DNA of 64,000 nt from Acidimicrobiales bacterium (GCA_965216685.1 OZ244195.1:87780-151779), one strand, 5' to 3'; shown: positions 29,004 to 39,400, numbered from the stretch's first letter. Notes: generated from the letters alone by a model not told the origin. Numbers and translations: made by a program.

Positions 29004-29143
29004 GAGTAGCACCCTCCGACCCGCCCGCCCGCCAACTGTGCGGCAGAGGCCCCGGAAACGGGGCCCTGGGCGCACGGAACCTCAACTCGAATCGTCTCCC
29101 GCCGATCTGATCTGGACAGATCAAGCGTGGAAAGGATTCGGGC

Positions 29144-30106
29144 GTGAGATATCGGGCGGCCCAGGCCGTAGTCGCCTCCGGCCTGGTCGCGATCAGACTG
29201 CTACTGGGAGCCATGATCGTCGGCTCCCTTGTCGGCTTTGTCATCGGCTTTGCCACCCTCGCACCGGCCGCGGCCGAGGGCGAGGTCGTCATCGAGACCA
29301 TGGCCAACGGTGCCGAGGCCGACACCGCTCCCGGCCCCACCGTGGCCAGCGGCGAGACGGTCAGCCTCCGCTATGTCATCACCGTGGTGTCGAGCGAACC
29401 GCTGTGGGATTTCATCGTCGTCAACGAGAGTGGCGGGTCCAGACCCGACTGCGATGCCAATGGCGACGGACGACCGGACGGCACCAACGGCCATACCGGT
29501 CCCCTGTCGAAGGGCGACTCGTTCCTCTGCGTGGCCTCGGTTGTGGCCGGAGATCCCGGCGTGACGTTTTCCAGCGTCGGCCGGGTCAAAGCCTTCGACA
29601 ATGACCTGGCCGTGACCTTCACCCACGCCGACGCCGCCCACTACACCACAGCCGCCCGGCCCACATCTCAGCCTCCCACCACCCCTCCAACAACGGCAGC
29701 GCCGCCGACGACGCCGCCAACCACGGCCGCCCCGCCCACCACGGCGGCGCCGCTGACCTTGACCCCGACGTCGTCGGTGGCTCCGCCCTCGGACGCACCA
29801 TCATCCGAGGAGACATCAACATCGTCAACGGCATCGTCATCGTCGTCGTCGATTACCACCACGTCGCAGCCATCATCAACGTCGGTGACAGGATCGTCGA
29901 GCACCGATTCATCAGGGGCGACCACAAACCGGAGAGCCGAACCCATCGATGCCGTACCGACCGATGACCTGCCGTTCACCGACGACGACCCCCGACGGGG
30001 CCTGTCGTGGTGGTGGGTCCTGCTGGCCTTCGCCGCCGGGGGCTCGGTGGCCGCCATCGCCACCCACCGGTTGACGGACGAAAATGCGACAACCCCGGAT
30101 CATTGA
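29144..30106 (+). CDS. Pro/Thr/Ser-rich surface protein with N- and C-terminal hydrophobic anchors
   Basis: 320-aa ORF starting at a GTG. It contains PPTT(A)APPTT repeats, an S/T-rich tract and a C-terminal transmembrane segment (WWWVLLAFAAGGSVAAIA). Confidence 0.55.
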   Translation: MRYRAAQAVVASGLVAIRLLLGAMIVGSLVGFVIGFATLAPAAAEGEVVIETMANGAEADTAPGPTVASGETVSLRYVITVVSSEPLWDFIVVNESGGSRPDCDANGDGRPDGTNGHTGPLSKGDSFLCVASVVAGDPGVTFSSVGRVKAFDNDLAVTFTHADAAHYTTAARPTSQPPTTPPTTAAPPTTPPTTAAPPTTAAPLTLTPTSSVAPPSDAPSSEETSTSSTASSSSSSITTTSQPSSTSVTGSSSTDSSGATTNRRAEPIDAVPTDDLPFTDDDPRRGLSWWWVLLAFAAGGSVAAIATHRLTDENATTPDH

Positions 30107-30116
30107 TCCGGGGTTG
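30090..30116. terminator. Candidate bidirectional terminator hairpin between convergent genes
   Basis: CAACCCCGGATCA-T-TGATCCGGGGTTG has perfect 13-nt arms, followed by CGCATTTGG. It overlaps the stop codon of 29144..30106 and lies upstream of the stop of 30185..31180. Confidence 0.5.
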
Positions 30117-30184
30117 CGCATTTGGGCACCCTCTCCTGGGTTACGAGCAGGGTTGAACGGCCGGCCTGGGCCGGTCGGAAACGA

Positions 30185-31180
30185 CTAGCCCCAGCAGTGG
30201 CGACTGGCGTTCCACGGACGGGTACCGTCGCGCTGCCAGGTGATCAAGGCCGCCTCGTCCTGTTGGGCGTTGGTGGCATGATGGGCACGCGACACGCCGT
30301 AGCGAGCGGCATGGCCGTAGGCTTCCCAGCTCCCGGTTAGGAACTGGTAGGCCCCACGAGCCGACGACGACGGATTGGCGGCTTGATAGTTGCCGCCGGA
30401 CTCGCAACGACGGATCTCCAGCAGGATCGGGGGCACGAATACCCCGTGACCAGCATCGACGAATCCGTTCTCGGCTGCCGTCGTGGGGGCGGCCGTTGTC
30501 GGAGGCGCCGTGGTGGTCGTCTCCTCCACCGTTGTCGTCGTCTCCTCGACCGTGGATTCGGACACCTCGGTGGTTTCGGTCGAGCCGCTTGTCGTGGTGT
30601 CGTCAGCGGGAGCGGCAGACTGCTCCTCGTCCGACACCTCGACCTCGCCGGCCGTAGTCGTGGCTTCTGATTCGGTTGTCGGAGCCGCCGTTGTCGGGGC
30701 GGCCGTCGTGGTCGTTGCCTGCGTCGTCGGAGGTTGGGTGGTGGGCGCTTCGGTGGTCGGCGCCGCCGTGGTCGTGGTTCGACTACGGAACAGCACCAAC
30801 TCCGCCCGGGCCATCGTCTCCAGCTCCTGCAACGAGGACGACCAGCTATCCGACTCGTTCACCTCGAGTGAGCTGTCGGATACCTCGTATGTTGGTTCGG
30901 TGTATGTTGGCTCGGTGACGTCTTGCGATTCACCGTCGGTGTTTGGATCGATTGGCGCCTGGCCGGCAAAGACCTCAGCCGCCGGATCCCTTTCGGTTTG
31001 GGGAATGATCAGCAGGGCCGCTGCAACCACAGCGATGAGTGCCAACAAGCCGGCCCTACGCACCGTTTCCGGGCGAGGTGGTTTGCGCTGTTCCCACGTG
31101 TCTTGAATTCGTTCCTTTGCCTCTTCGAGCGCTTCTTGGACACGCGAAGAAGGAGGGGGGGAATACGAGTTTCCTACCAT
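30185..31180 (-). CDS. Membrane-anchored protein with a C-terminal Rpf-like transglycosylase domain
   Basis: 331-aa ORF with one transmembrane segment, T/P/E-rich linkers and a C-terminal CESGGNY...GAYQF...W motif. Confidence 0.65.
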   Translation of the reverse strand: MVGNSYSPPPSSRVQEALEEAKERIQDTWEQRKPPRPETVRRAGLLALIAVVAAALLIIPQTERDPAAEVFAGQAPIDPNTDGESQDVTEPTYTEPTYEVSDSSLEVNESDSWSSSLQELETMARAELVLFRSRTTTTAAPTTEAPTTQPPTTQATTTTAAPTTAAPTTESEATTTAGEVEVSDEEQSAAPADDTTTSGSTETTEVSESTVEETTTTVEETTTTAPPTTAAPTTAAENGFVDAGHGVFVPPILLEIRRCESGGNYQAANPSSSARGAYQFLTGSWEAYGHAARYGVSRAHHATNAQQDEAALITWQRDGTRPWNASRHCWG

Positions 31181-31431
31181 GTCGGTGTTGACTCCTTGCC
31201 CGACCCGCCGTCGGGACTAACAAACGATACGTTCGAACGCTCCTCAGTGATGAGCGCATTGCTTGTCTGCCAACCCCGGACACTAACCACGTTACGGACG
31301 CGTAACACACCTCAACGTGACCAGAGTCACGCCGCCGGAATTACAGAACTGTCATTCGACGTCCACGAGGCGACCCGTGAGCGGCGAAATCAAGGCCATT
31401 TCGCGTTAGCCAACACAAGATGTGCCACTAG

Positions 31432-32121
31432 TCACATTTCAGTCGATTTCGTCCCGTCAACCCCGTCCAAATCGTCCTCGATCGGCGATCCCGTTCCACC
31501 CGATGACACGCCGTCGCTCAGACGAGCAGCATGCCAGAGCCGGGATTTGGCCCGGGAAAGGCGGGACCGGACCGTGCCGATGGGCAGGTCGAGGAGCTCC
31601 GAAGCCGACTGATAGCTCAGTCCGCCGAGTACAACAAGATCCACCACCTCCCGCTCGTGAGCAGGCAGGGTTTCGATGGCGGCACCCACCCGCTCGATCG
31701 AGTCGAGGTCGACAACCCGCTCCGCCGGGTCGCACTCGTGGCGCCGTCCTGCGTCGTTGACCAGCAGGCGTTGGTGCAGTCGGTGGCGGCGGGAACCGCG
31801 GCGCCGCTGATGGTACGACACGTTCCGGGCGATGCCGTAGAGCCACCCCGACGCCGATCCGAGGGTGGCATCGTAGGAATGGCGGCGGCGAAAGCTGACC
31901 TCCCAGAGTTCGGCCAAGGCGTCGTCGACCTGCTCTGAGCCGACCCGATGGCGAAGATAGCTCCGGAGCCGGTCACCGTGGCGCTCGACCAGCAAGGCGA
32001 AGGCGTCACCCCGCTGTTGGGATATCTGCAACAGCGCGTCGTCATCCAGCACGCCCCAACGTGAGCGCGGCGGTACTGCGTGTGATGAGACCCCGGGCCT
32101 CGGGTGTTGGGCGTGGTCCAC
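31432..32121 (-). CDS. ECF-type RNA polymerase sigma-70 family factor
   Basis: Region 2 (FALLVERHGDRLRSYL) and region 4 helix-turn-helix (LSYQSASELLDLPIGTVRSRLSRAKSRL) are present. The exact start is uncertain. Confidence 0.8.
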   Translation of the reverse strand: MDHAQHPRPGVSSHAVPPRSRWGVLDDDALLQISQQRGDAFALLVERHGDRLRSYLRHRVGSEQVDDALAELWEVSFRRRHSYDATLGSASGWLYGIARNVSYHQRRRGSRRHRLHQRLLVNDAGRRHECDPAERVVDLDSIERVGAAIETLPAHEREVVDLVVLGGLSYQSASELLDLPIGTVRSRLSRAKSRLWHAARLSDGVSSGGTGSPIEDDLDGVDGTKSTEM

Positions 32122-32231
32122 CGTCTTGAGCCCGCAGACGGAAGATTAAACGAGATTTCTGGGAACTGACAGATGAGAAGAGGGAAGTAACCGGAAAGAC
32201 CTTGCACCACCACCGCAAAGGAGACCGGTAA

Positions 32232-33161
32232 ATGACCACCCATGACATCGACGCAACAGTGGCGTCAGCCCCGATCGTCGACCAACCCACGATCGGACCG
32301 GCCGAGCGCGACTATTTTCGGCGCAATGGCTTCCTGCGGATCAGGAAATTGTTCACCACGCAGGCCGTCGATGGCATCCGGGATCTGGCTGACCAACAGA
32401 TGGAGCTACAGCGAGGCGGCCAAACGGGCCCGATGTCGGGGGTGGCCTATCGCCTTCACCGTCAGCCTCACATGCAGCGCATCTTGCATGACACCGGCTT
32501 TCAGGAACTGCTCACCGATCTGGTCGGGGGCCATCTGGTCCCCACCGAATCACAGGCGTTTGAATTGAGCAAAGGCAATGCCGGAATCCCCTGGCACTAT
32601 GGCTATATCAGCTTCGGCTACATCCGGGCCCGCGACCTCGGCTACACCCTGTGGATTCCCCTTAGCTCGATCGACGCCGAGAACGAAGGCGGCGGCATGG
32701 CCTACGTTCCCGAGTGCCTCGTCTCGGCCCGCCACGCCTTCGACATGGGATCACTGCTGGCCCCCGACCTCGACAGCGGAACCGATACCGAAACCCTCAT
32801 CGAGGCCATGGGTCAGGTCCAAGACGCCATGGAGCCGCTGTTCGAGCGGTACAAGGTCGAGGACAGCTTCGACGTCGGCGACGCCTTCCTGTTCAACAAG
32901 TACGTCTGGCATCGCAGCTCACCGCTGCGAATCGACGACCCGGACCGCCCACCCCGCCTGGGGATCGCAATGCGGTTCGTCGAGGAGGACGCCCGGGTCG
33001 ACCGGCAACGGTGGCGGGCCGAGTTCGACTTCGGTGGAGGTATAGGCACCGGCCACCGCAAGCCGGTCATGGCCGGCACCGAGGATCGATTCACCCGAGT
33101 AGCCGATGTCGATCACGGCGGTCTGGTGCGCTCCTCGGGCGACTGCCCGCTGGTCTTCTGA
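32232..33161 (+). CDS. Phytanoyl-CoA dioxygenase (PhyH) family Fe(II)/2-oxoglutarate oxygenase
   Basis: 309-aa ORF starting at an ATG preceded by AAGGAG. The N-terminal pattern (YFRRNGFLRIRKLF) is PhyH-like. Confidence 0.6.
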   Translation: MTTHDIDATVASAPIVDQPTIGPAERDYFRRNGFLRIRKLFTTQAVDGIRDLADQQMELQRGGQTGPMSGVAYRLHRQPHMQRILHDTGFQELLTDLVGGHLVPTESQAFELSKGNAGIPWHYGYISFGYIRARDLGYTLWIPLSSIDAENEGGGMAYVPECLVSARHAFDMGSLLAPDLDSGTDTETLIEAMGQVQDAMEPLFERYKVEDSFDVGDAFLFNKYVWHRSSPLRIDDPDRPPRLGIAMRFVEEDARVDRQRWRAEFDFGGGIGTGHRKPVMAGTEDRFTRVADVDHGGLVRSSGDCPLVF

Positions 33162-33175
33162 GACGGGGTTCAAAC

Positions 33176-34882
33176 ATGACTGATCACCGTGATGTTGACG
33201 CGGTCGTGGTCGGCGCCGGCTTCGGTGGCCTCTACGCCGCACTGAAACTCAAATCCAGCGGGTTCGAGGTCGCCGGCATCGAGCGAGGCGACGACGTGGG
33301 CGGCACCTGGTACTGGAACCGGTACCCGGGCGCCCGCTGCGACATCGAGAGCCTGGAGTACTCCTACCAGTTCAGTGACGAGCTGCAACAGAGCTGGAGT
33401 TGGTCGGAACGCTATGCCGGTCAACCCGAGATCCTGGCCTACGCCCGCCATGTGGCCGACCGGTTCGATCTCCGTTCCCTGTTCTCGTTCTCCACCTCGG
33501 TGGTGGGAGCGGGCTTCGACGAGACGACCTACCGATGGCAGGTGCAAACGACGTCGGCCGACGGACCCGGCCTGATCGTGGCCCGGTACCTGGTGCTGGC
33601 CACCGGTGGGGTGTCACGACCCTACACTCCCGACTTCAGCGGCCTCGATCGGTTCGAGGGCATCACCGTGCACACCGGCGCCTGGCCCCACGACGGGGTG
33701 GATGTCGGTGGCCGGCGGGTAGCCATCATCGGTACCGGCGGTTCGGGTGTCCAGGCGCTGCCCATATTGGCCGATCAGGCCGACCACGTGGCCGTTCTGC
33801 AGCGGACCCCGACCTATGTCATCCCGGCCCGGAACCGAGGGGCCGACCCCGACGTCGAAAAGGTGATCAAGGGCGACTACGTCGCCTTCCGGCAACAGAA
33901 CGCCGATCTCGAATTCGGGTTCGGCGCCTTCTTCGATCAGGGCAATGTCTCCGCCCTGGCCGTCAGCGGTGAAGAAAGGGAACGTCGCTACCGGCAGCGG
34001 TGGGAGGACGGCGGCTACAGCTTCCTCTACACCTTCGGCGACCTTGGCACCAACGTCGACGCCGCCGAGACAGCCGCCGCCTTCGTCCGTCAGGAGATCC
34101 GTCGCACCGTCAGCGACCCGGCGGTGGCCGAAGCCCTGTGCCCCAGCCATGTCTTCGGCTGCCGGCGCATCGTCATCGGGACCGACTACTACCAATCGTT
34201 CAACCGCCCGAACGTTTCCCTGGTCGACGTGGCCGCTGACCCCATCGTCGAGTTCACACCATCTGGTATCCGAACCGGGCGATCCCACGTCGACGCCGAC
34301 GTGGTGGTCTTCGCCACCGGCTTCGAGGATCAGGCCGCCTCCATCCGTCACCTGGCGTTGGAGGGACTCGGCGGGCGGCGGCTGGCCGACGCCTGGGGCG
34401 ACCGTCCCGTCACCTTCCTCGGCCTCTGCACCGCGGGATTTCCCAACATGTTCTTCATCAATGGACCGGGCAGTCCTTCGATCACCACCAACATGATCGC
34501 CAACATCGAGCACACCGTCGACTGGATCGTGGACTGTCTCAACCACAGCGTCGAGGCCGGCTGCACCCGGATCGACGTTGATCCGGTCGCTCAGGCCGGC
34601 TGGACGGCCGGTGTCGACGGCCGGGCCGACGGCCGGCTCCTGCACGCCTGTACCTCCCGCTATGTCGGCGAGACCAGCGGCGGCCAGACCTATGTCTTTC
34701 CCTACCTCGGCGTACCCGACTACCGACGGCGCCTGGCCGCCATGGCCGAGCAAGACTATCCCGGCCTGGTTTTCAGCCGGCCCGGCGACCGTCAGACAAC
34801 AGCCGACGCCCTCCCGGCCATGGCGGCCACAGCCGCCGGCCCGTCCACCAACTCCACCCACCGAACCGATCAACCCATTTGA
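33176..34882 (+). CDS. Baeyer-Villiger-type flavin monooxygenase
   Basis: Track ORF 32714..34882 is trimmed to ATG 33176. It has the FAD motif VVVGAGFGGL, the BVMO-like GGTWYWNRYPGARCD motif and a second Rossmann motif (VAIIGTGGSGVQ). Confidence 0.8.
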   Translation: MTDHRDVDAVVVGAGFGGLYAALKLKSSGFEVAGIERGDDVGGTWYWNRYPGARCDIESLEYSYQFSDELQQSWSWSERYAGQPEILAYARHVADRFDLRSLFSFSTSVVGAGFDETTYRWQVQTTSADGPGLIVARYLVLATGGVSRPYTPDFSGLDRFEGITVHTGAWPHDGVDVGGRRVAIIGTGGSGVQALPILADQADHVAVLQRTPTYVIPARNRGADPDVEKVIKGDYVAFRQQNADLEFGFGAFFDQGNVSALAVSGEERERRYRQRWEDGGYSFLYTFGDLGTNVDAAETAAAFVRQEIRRTVSDPAVAEALCPSHVFGCRRIVIGTDYYQSFNRPNVSLVDVAADPIVEFTPSGIRTGRSHVDADVVVFATGFEDQAASIRHLALEGLGGRRLADAWGDRPVTFLGLCTAGFPNMFFINGPGSPSITTNMIANIEHTVDWIVDCLNHSVEAGCTRIDVDPVAQAGWTAGVDGRADGRLLHACTSRYVGETSGGQTYVFPYLGVPDYRRRLAAMAEQDYPGLVFSRPGDRQTTADALPAMAATAAGPSTNSTHRTDQPI

Positions 34883-34896
34883 GGAGCCCCTGACCA

Positions 34897-35874
34897 ATGC
34901 GCTATGTACTACTGCTGCTCGCCGTGCTCGCCACGTCGGGATCCGCCTACTTCGTCCGCGAGGCCGAACTCCATCCGATCCTGTTGGCGTCCTACCGGCA
35001 GCTGATCGCCGCCGCCGTGCTGTCTCCGGTGTTCTTCGCCCTGCTGCGCAAGCACCGTGAGATCTCACCGGCCAAACTCTTTCGGGCGGTCATACCACCG
35101 GCGGCGCTGCTGTCGGCCGAGCTGAGCATCTGGAACGTGGCCGCCCGAACCACCGAGATGGCCAACGCCTCGCTTCTCATCAACCTCATGCCGCTGGCCA
35201 TGCCCTTCGTGCTGTTCGCCATGTATCGGGAACGCATCAACTCCCGGGAGATGAAGGCCACCTTCATCGCCATCCTCGGTCTCCTGCTGCTGGTGTCGGC
35301 CGACATTGCCTCGTCCAACTTCCTGGGCGACGGTCTGGCTCTGACGGCCATGGTGATGTTGACCATCTACCTCACGATGGCCCGACGGTTCTCCGACGTA
35401 CCGTCGATCTGGCTCTACGTGGTCCCGATGTACACAGTGGGTGGCCTGGGATCGGGCCTGGTGGGCGTGGCCGTGGCCGACGACTACGTGCCGTCGGGCA
35501 TGTCGGAGTGGTGGCCGGTGCTGGGCCTGGCCCTACTCTCCACCGTCATCGGGCATTCGCTGCTCAACCGGTCGATGCAGGTGATGCGGGGCCAGACGGT
35601 GGCCCTGGTCAACATGTTGCATCCGGTGTTCGCCGGCATCATCGGGTTCCTGGCCTTCGAGGAGGAACCGACCCTGATGTTCTACGGCGCCGCCGCTCTG
35701 CTCATGCTGGCGGCGGTGATTGTGATCACCGGACCGGGCAAGGCGGTACTGGAGGGCCTACCTCAGGTCGACGTGCGACGCGACGGCTGGCGAACGCCTG
35801 TCCCCCAGCCCGCCGCCACTGCGGACGGCGGCGGCCGCGACCTGGCCGCAGCACCGCCGAGGGCCGGCACCTAG
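34897..35874 (+). CDS. DMT superfamily (EamA-like) transporter
   Basis: 325-aa ORF with about 10 transmembrane segments, starting at an ATG preceded by GAGGAG. Confidence 0.7.
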   Translation: MRYVLLLLAVLATSGSAYFVREAELHPILLASYRQLIAAAVLSPVFFALLRKHREISPAKLFRAVIPPAALLSAELSIWNVAARTTEMANASLLINLMPLAMPFVLFAMYRERINSREMKATFIAILGLLLLVSADIASSNFLGDGLALTAMVMLTIYLTMARRFSDVPSIWLYVVPMYTVGGLGSGLVGVAVADDYVPSGMSEWWPVLGLALLSTVIGHSLLNRSMQVMRGQTVALVNMLHPVFAGIIGFLAFEEEPTLMFYGAAALLMLAAVIVITGPGKAVLEGLPQVDVRRDGWRTPVPQPAATADGGGRDLAAAPPRAGT

Positions 35875-35912
35875 CACCTGGAGTCTGGGTCAAGCGGATC
35901 AAGCTGAACTCG

Positions 35913-35986
35913 CACCCCCGACAGGAGTCGAACCTGCGACCTAGTCATTAGAAGTGACTTGCTCTGTCCAGCTGAGCTACGGGGGC
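35913..35986 (-). tRNA. tRNA-Arg (anticodon UCU)
   Basis: The reverse complement folds as GCCCCCG-TA-GCTC..GAGC-A-AGTCA-CTTCTAA-TGACT-AGGTC-GCAGG-TTCGACT-CCTGT-CGGGGGT-G. The 1:72 pair is G:U in my fold. Confidence 0.8.
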
Positions 35987-36131
35987 AGAACAAGCCTAGC
36001 GCCTCGGCAACGACCACGACCGCCTGATTTTCGGCCCGCAGTCGGCGGTCCGGGAGGTGTTGAAGTTCGAAAAACCCATCGCCGATCGGCCGAAATCGAG
36101 CTAGCATTGCAGGGCTTCACCATGAAGACGT

Positions 36132-36209
36132 GGTGGCCGTAGCTCAGTTGGTTAGAGCGCCAGGTTGTGATCCTGGATGTCGGGGGTTCGAATCCCCTCG
36201 GTCACCCCA
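36132..36209 (+). tRNA. tRNA-His (anticodon GUG) with encoded G-1 and CCA
   Basis: The fold is G(-1)-GTGGCCG-TA-GCTC..GAGC-G-CCAGG-TTGTGAT-CCTGG-ATGTC-GGGGG-TTCGAAT-CCCCT-CGGTCAC-C-CCA. Confidence 0.85.
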
Positions 36210-36259
36210 TGCGAATCGATCTGAGAGGGCCAACCCCTGCCGGATCATCGCAGCAGCAA

Positions 36260-36332
36260 GCGCCTCTAGCTCAATTGGCAGAGCATCGGACTCTTAATCC
36301 GCAGGTTCTGGGTTCAAGTCCCAGGGGGCGTA
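36260..36332 (+). tRNA. tRNA-Lys (anticodon CUU)
   Basis: The fold is GCGCCTC-TA-GCTC..GAGC-A-TCGGA-CTCTTAA-TCCGC-AGGTT-CTGGG-TTCAAGT-CCCAG-GGGGCGT-A. The 1:72 pair is G:U in my fold. Confidence 0.8.
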
Positions 36333-36417
36333 CGTGTGAGTTTGCTCGTTCTGGGGTTCTGGGGGGTCGCAATCGACCCCCCAGAACCCCAGATCGGCGT
36401 TGTGGACGGGCCCGGGC

Positions 36418-39400
36418 TCAGTCGTCCGGGGTGTAATTGGTGATCGACAGGACCTTGGTCTCGCCGTCGAAGCTGAATTCCACTCCCTGACCGTCGGCCA
36501 CCGAGAACCCGATGTTGGGTCCGTCGGGAACGCCGCCTTCGCCCCAGTTGACGTCCCACGACAGATCCTGGGCCACCTTGGCTTCATAGTCGCCGGCGGG
36601 AATGAGCCTGGTGCGGAAGGTCCAGATCCCGTCACCGTCGCGGTCCTGGAGCCATGATCGCATGCAGTCGGGCTGCCAGTCGCCGGGGCAGCCCAGCTCC
36701 GACTGGAAGTTGCCGGGCACCGTGAACAGGTTCGGCGTCTCGACCGAGTTGGTCACCCAGTTGGTGGCATGGCTGTACCAGAACGTGATCGGATCACCGT
36801 CGGCTTCGAGGGTGATGTTGGGACCGTCCCGAACCCCGGCGGCGCCGTAGTTCTCGTCCCACGACCCGTTGATCGCCACTTTGTAGGCGTAGCTGCCGGC
36901 CGGGATGGCGAAGGTGGCCGACCACACCAGGTCCTCGTCATCGAGTACGAGGTCGATGTTCTGACAGGGCGGATCCCATTCGTTCTCGCATCCCAGCTGG
37001 TCCTGGAAGGTCCCGGGGGTGGTCACCCGATCGGGCTGGACGACGACGCCGTCGCTGCCCCCTCCCCCGCCGGGAACGGCCGGGGCCACAACCGTGGCGT
37101 GCGCCTGGGCCACGGCCAGCCGTCCGGCGTGATCATGGGCGATCATGCGGTACTCCACCAGCGATCCCAACTCCATGGCCGAAACGTCGTGGAACACTCG
37201 GAACGGGGCGTTGTCGTCGGTGCCCAGCAGTTGCCACTCGCCGGTGCCGACCGGTCGCCAGGCGAAGGTCACCTGGGTGAAGGTGTCGGCCTCGACATCG
37301 GCCGCGATCTCAGCTCGTCCGGCCACTGCGCCGGCCGCCACCGGACCGGCCGCCGTCACCGTCGGGCCGTCCGCTCCTCGAACGATGGGGCGGCGAACCC
37401 GCCACACCGTGGCCGACAGGGCGGGAACCTCGATAGAGAACTCACCGTTCCTACCCACCTGGGGGGTACGACCCCGGGTGTTGACATCGGCCGAGGACCA
37501 CAACAGCTCAACCGGGGCGTTGGCCGACCAGGTCGACACCACCGCGCTGTGATCGGCGGTGTCGTTGTTGAGGGCCACGATGTACTCGTGGCCGTCGTCG
37601 GGGGCGATACGGCTGAAGGCGTAGACACCTGCGGTCTCATCGGCGTGACGGTGTATCTGGGCGCCGTCGGCCAGCGTCGGATGGCGCTCCACCAAGTCGG
37701 ACAATTCGGCGATGCGCTGATACAGCGGGTGACCGGTGTCGAAGTTGGCCTCGGCCGTGGTGGCGTCGGTGCCCAGCAGGTCATAGCTGTTGTAGAGGGC
37801 GGTCTGGGACGGGAACATGTCCTCCCGGGCCCGCTGATCACCGATACCTCCGGGCACGTCGGGTGGAGCGTTGAAACCCTGCTCGTCGCCGTAGTACACC
37901 ACAGGCTGACCCCGGGTCAGGAACATCAGGGCATGAGCCAGTTCATCGCGGGCCAAGGCCTCGGACTCGCTGATCCCGTCGGCCACCAGGAACGAACCGA
38001 TGCGGCCCATGTCGTGGTTGCCCAGGAACGTGGGCAGGGAGTAGACGTTGGAGTCGGCGTCGGTGTAGTAGTCGTCGGCGGCGAAGAAGCCTTGGAGCCG
38101 GTTGGCCTCCCCGCCCCGGGCAAACCGGGCGGCGCTGCCCTGGAAGCCGAAGTCGGCGGCGGCCTGCAGCGTCCCCTCGGTGGTGTAGCGGGACACGAAG
38201 GCCGGGTTGCCGTCGAACACCTCGCCGAACATGAAGAAGTCGTCGTTGCCGATGGAGTCGGCGTAGGCCAACAAGCCGGCCGAGAACTGCTGCCAGAACT
38301 CGATGTTGACGTGCTTGACCGTGTCGATGCGGAAGCCGTCGATACCAACGTCGCCCACCCAGGTGGTGTAGATGTCGATCATGCCTTCCACCACCCGAGG
38401 ATGCTCGGTCCACAGATCATCGAGGGCGGAGAACGGGCCGGAGGGGAAATCGCCGTAGGTGTCGGATTCCCCGGAGAACGTCGATGTGCCCCGGTTGTGG
38501 TAGTAGATCGGATCGTTCAGCCACGACGGGATCTTGAGGTCGGCCTCGTCGGCCGGCACGATCGGCGGGTAGGGGAAGCTGTCGAGGTCGACCTCGGGGA
38601 AGGAGTCACCACCGGCGTAATCGGCGTCGTCGAATGGTTCACCGTCAGCGGTGAGGTAGGGGGCGTCCTCCTTGGGCACGTAACGCAGTTCACCCTCCGG
38701 CGAGTAGGCCGACCGGTCGTAGGTGATGACGTCGGCCGTGTGGTTGGTGATGATGTCGAAGAACACCTTGATGCCGCGGTCATGGGCGGCGTCGACCAGG
38801 GCTCGCATATCGTCGTTACTGCCCAGATGAGGGTCGATCGAGGTGTAGTCGGTGATCCAGTAGCCGTGGTAGCCGGCGGCCCGACTGTCGCCCACTCCCT
38901 GCACCGGCTTGTTCTTGAACGACGGGGTCAACCAGATGGCGGTGGTGCCCAATCCCTCGATGTAGTCCAGCTGGTCGATCAGGCCCTGCAGGTCACCACC
39001 GTGGAAATAGGCGGTGTCGGTGGGGTCGTAGCCATGGACGTAGCGGGCCTCGGATTCGGGGGTGCCGTCGGGCACGACGAAGCCGCCGGTGTCGTTCGAC
39101 GGGTCGCCGTTGGCGAACCGATCGGCCATCACGAAGTAGAAGCGCTCCCGGGTTAGGTCCTCCCGCAGGCTGTCGGCGGCCAGCGCCTCATCGCCGGCGT
39201 TGACCGGCTCGGGGGCGGCGGCCGGGGCCACGGTCACCAGGTGGCTGTCGTGGTCGTAGGTGAACACCAGGGTGGCGTCGCCGGCCAGGATCAGCGGAAT
39301 GTTGTCGGGCCCGCCATCGAGCCCGTAGCTCTCGTCCCACGAGCCGTTCATCCGGACCTTGTACTCGTAGCTGCCGGCGGGAACATCGGCGGTCAAGGTC

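Noticed and set aside
27648-29075. 475-aa minus-strand ORF
   Set aside because: It is antisense to the M24 hydrolase gene and has no motifs.
31181-31431. ECF-type promoter (GGAAC-N16-17-CGTT) upstream of the Rpf-like gene
   Set aside because: I found only fragments (TCGAAC, CGTT) at the wrong spacing, so no defensible match.
10899-36332. Search of the four tRNAs for tRNA-Sec (selC), given the UGA in selD
   Set aside because: The anticodons read UCC (Gly), UCU (Arg), GUG (His) and CUU (Lys). None has a UCA anticodon or the long variable arm and 8-bp acceptor stem of tRNA-Sec, so selC must lie outside this window.
36769-39156. 795-aa plus-strand ORF
   Set aside because: It is antisense to the GH13 gene, which has clear catalytic motifs. 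The composition (V/G/D/H/R runs) is typical of an antisense frame.
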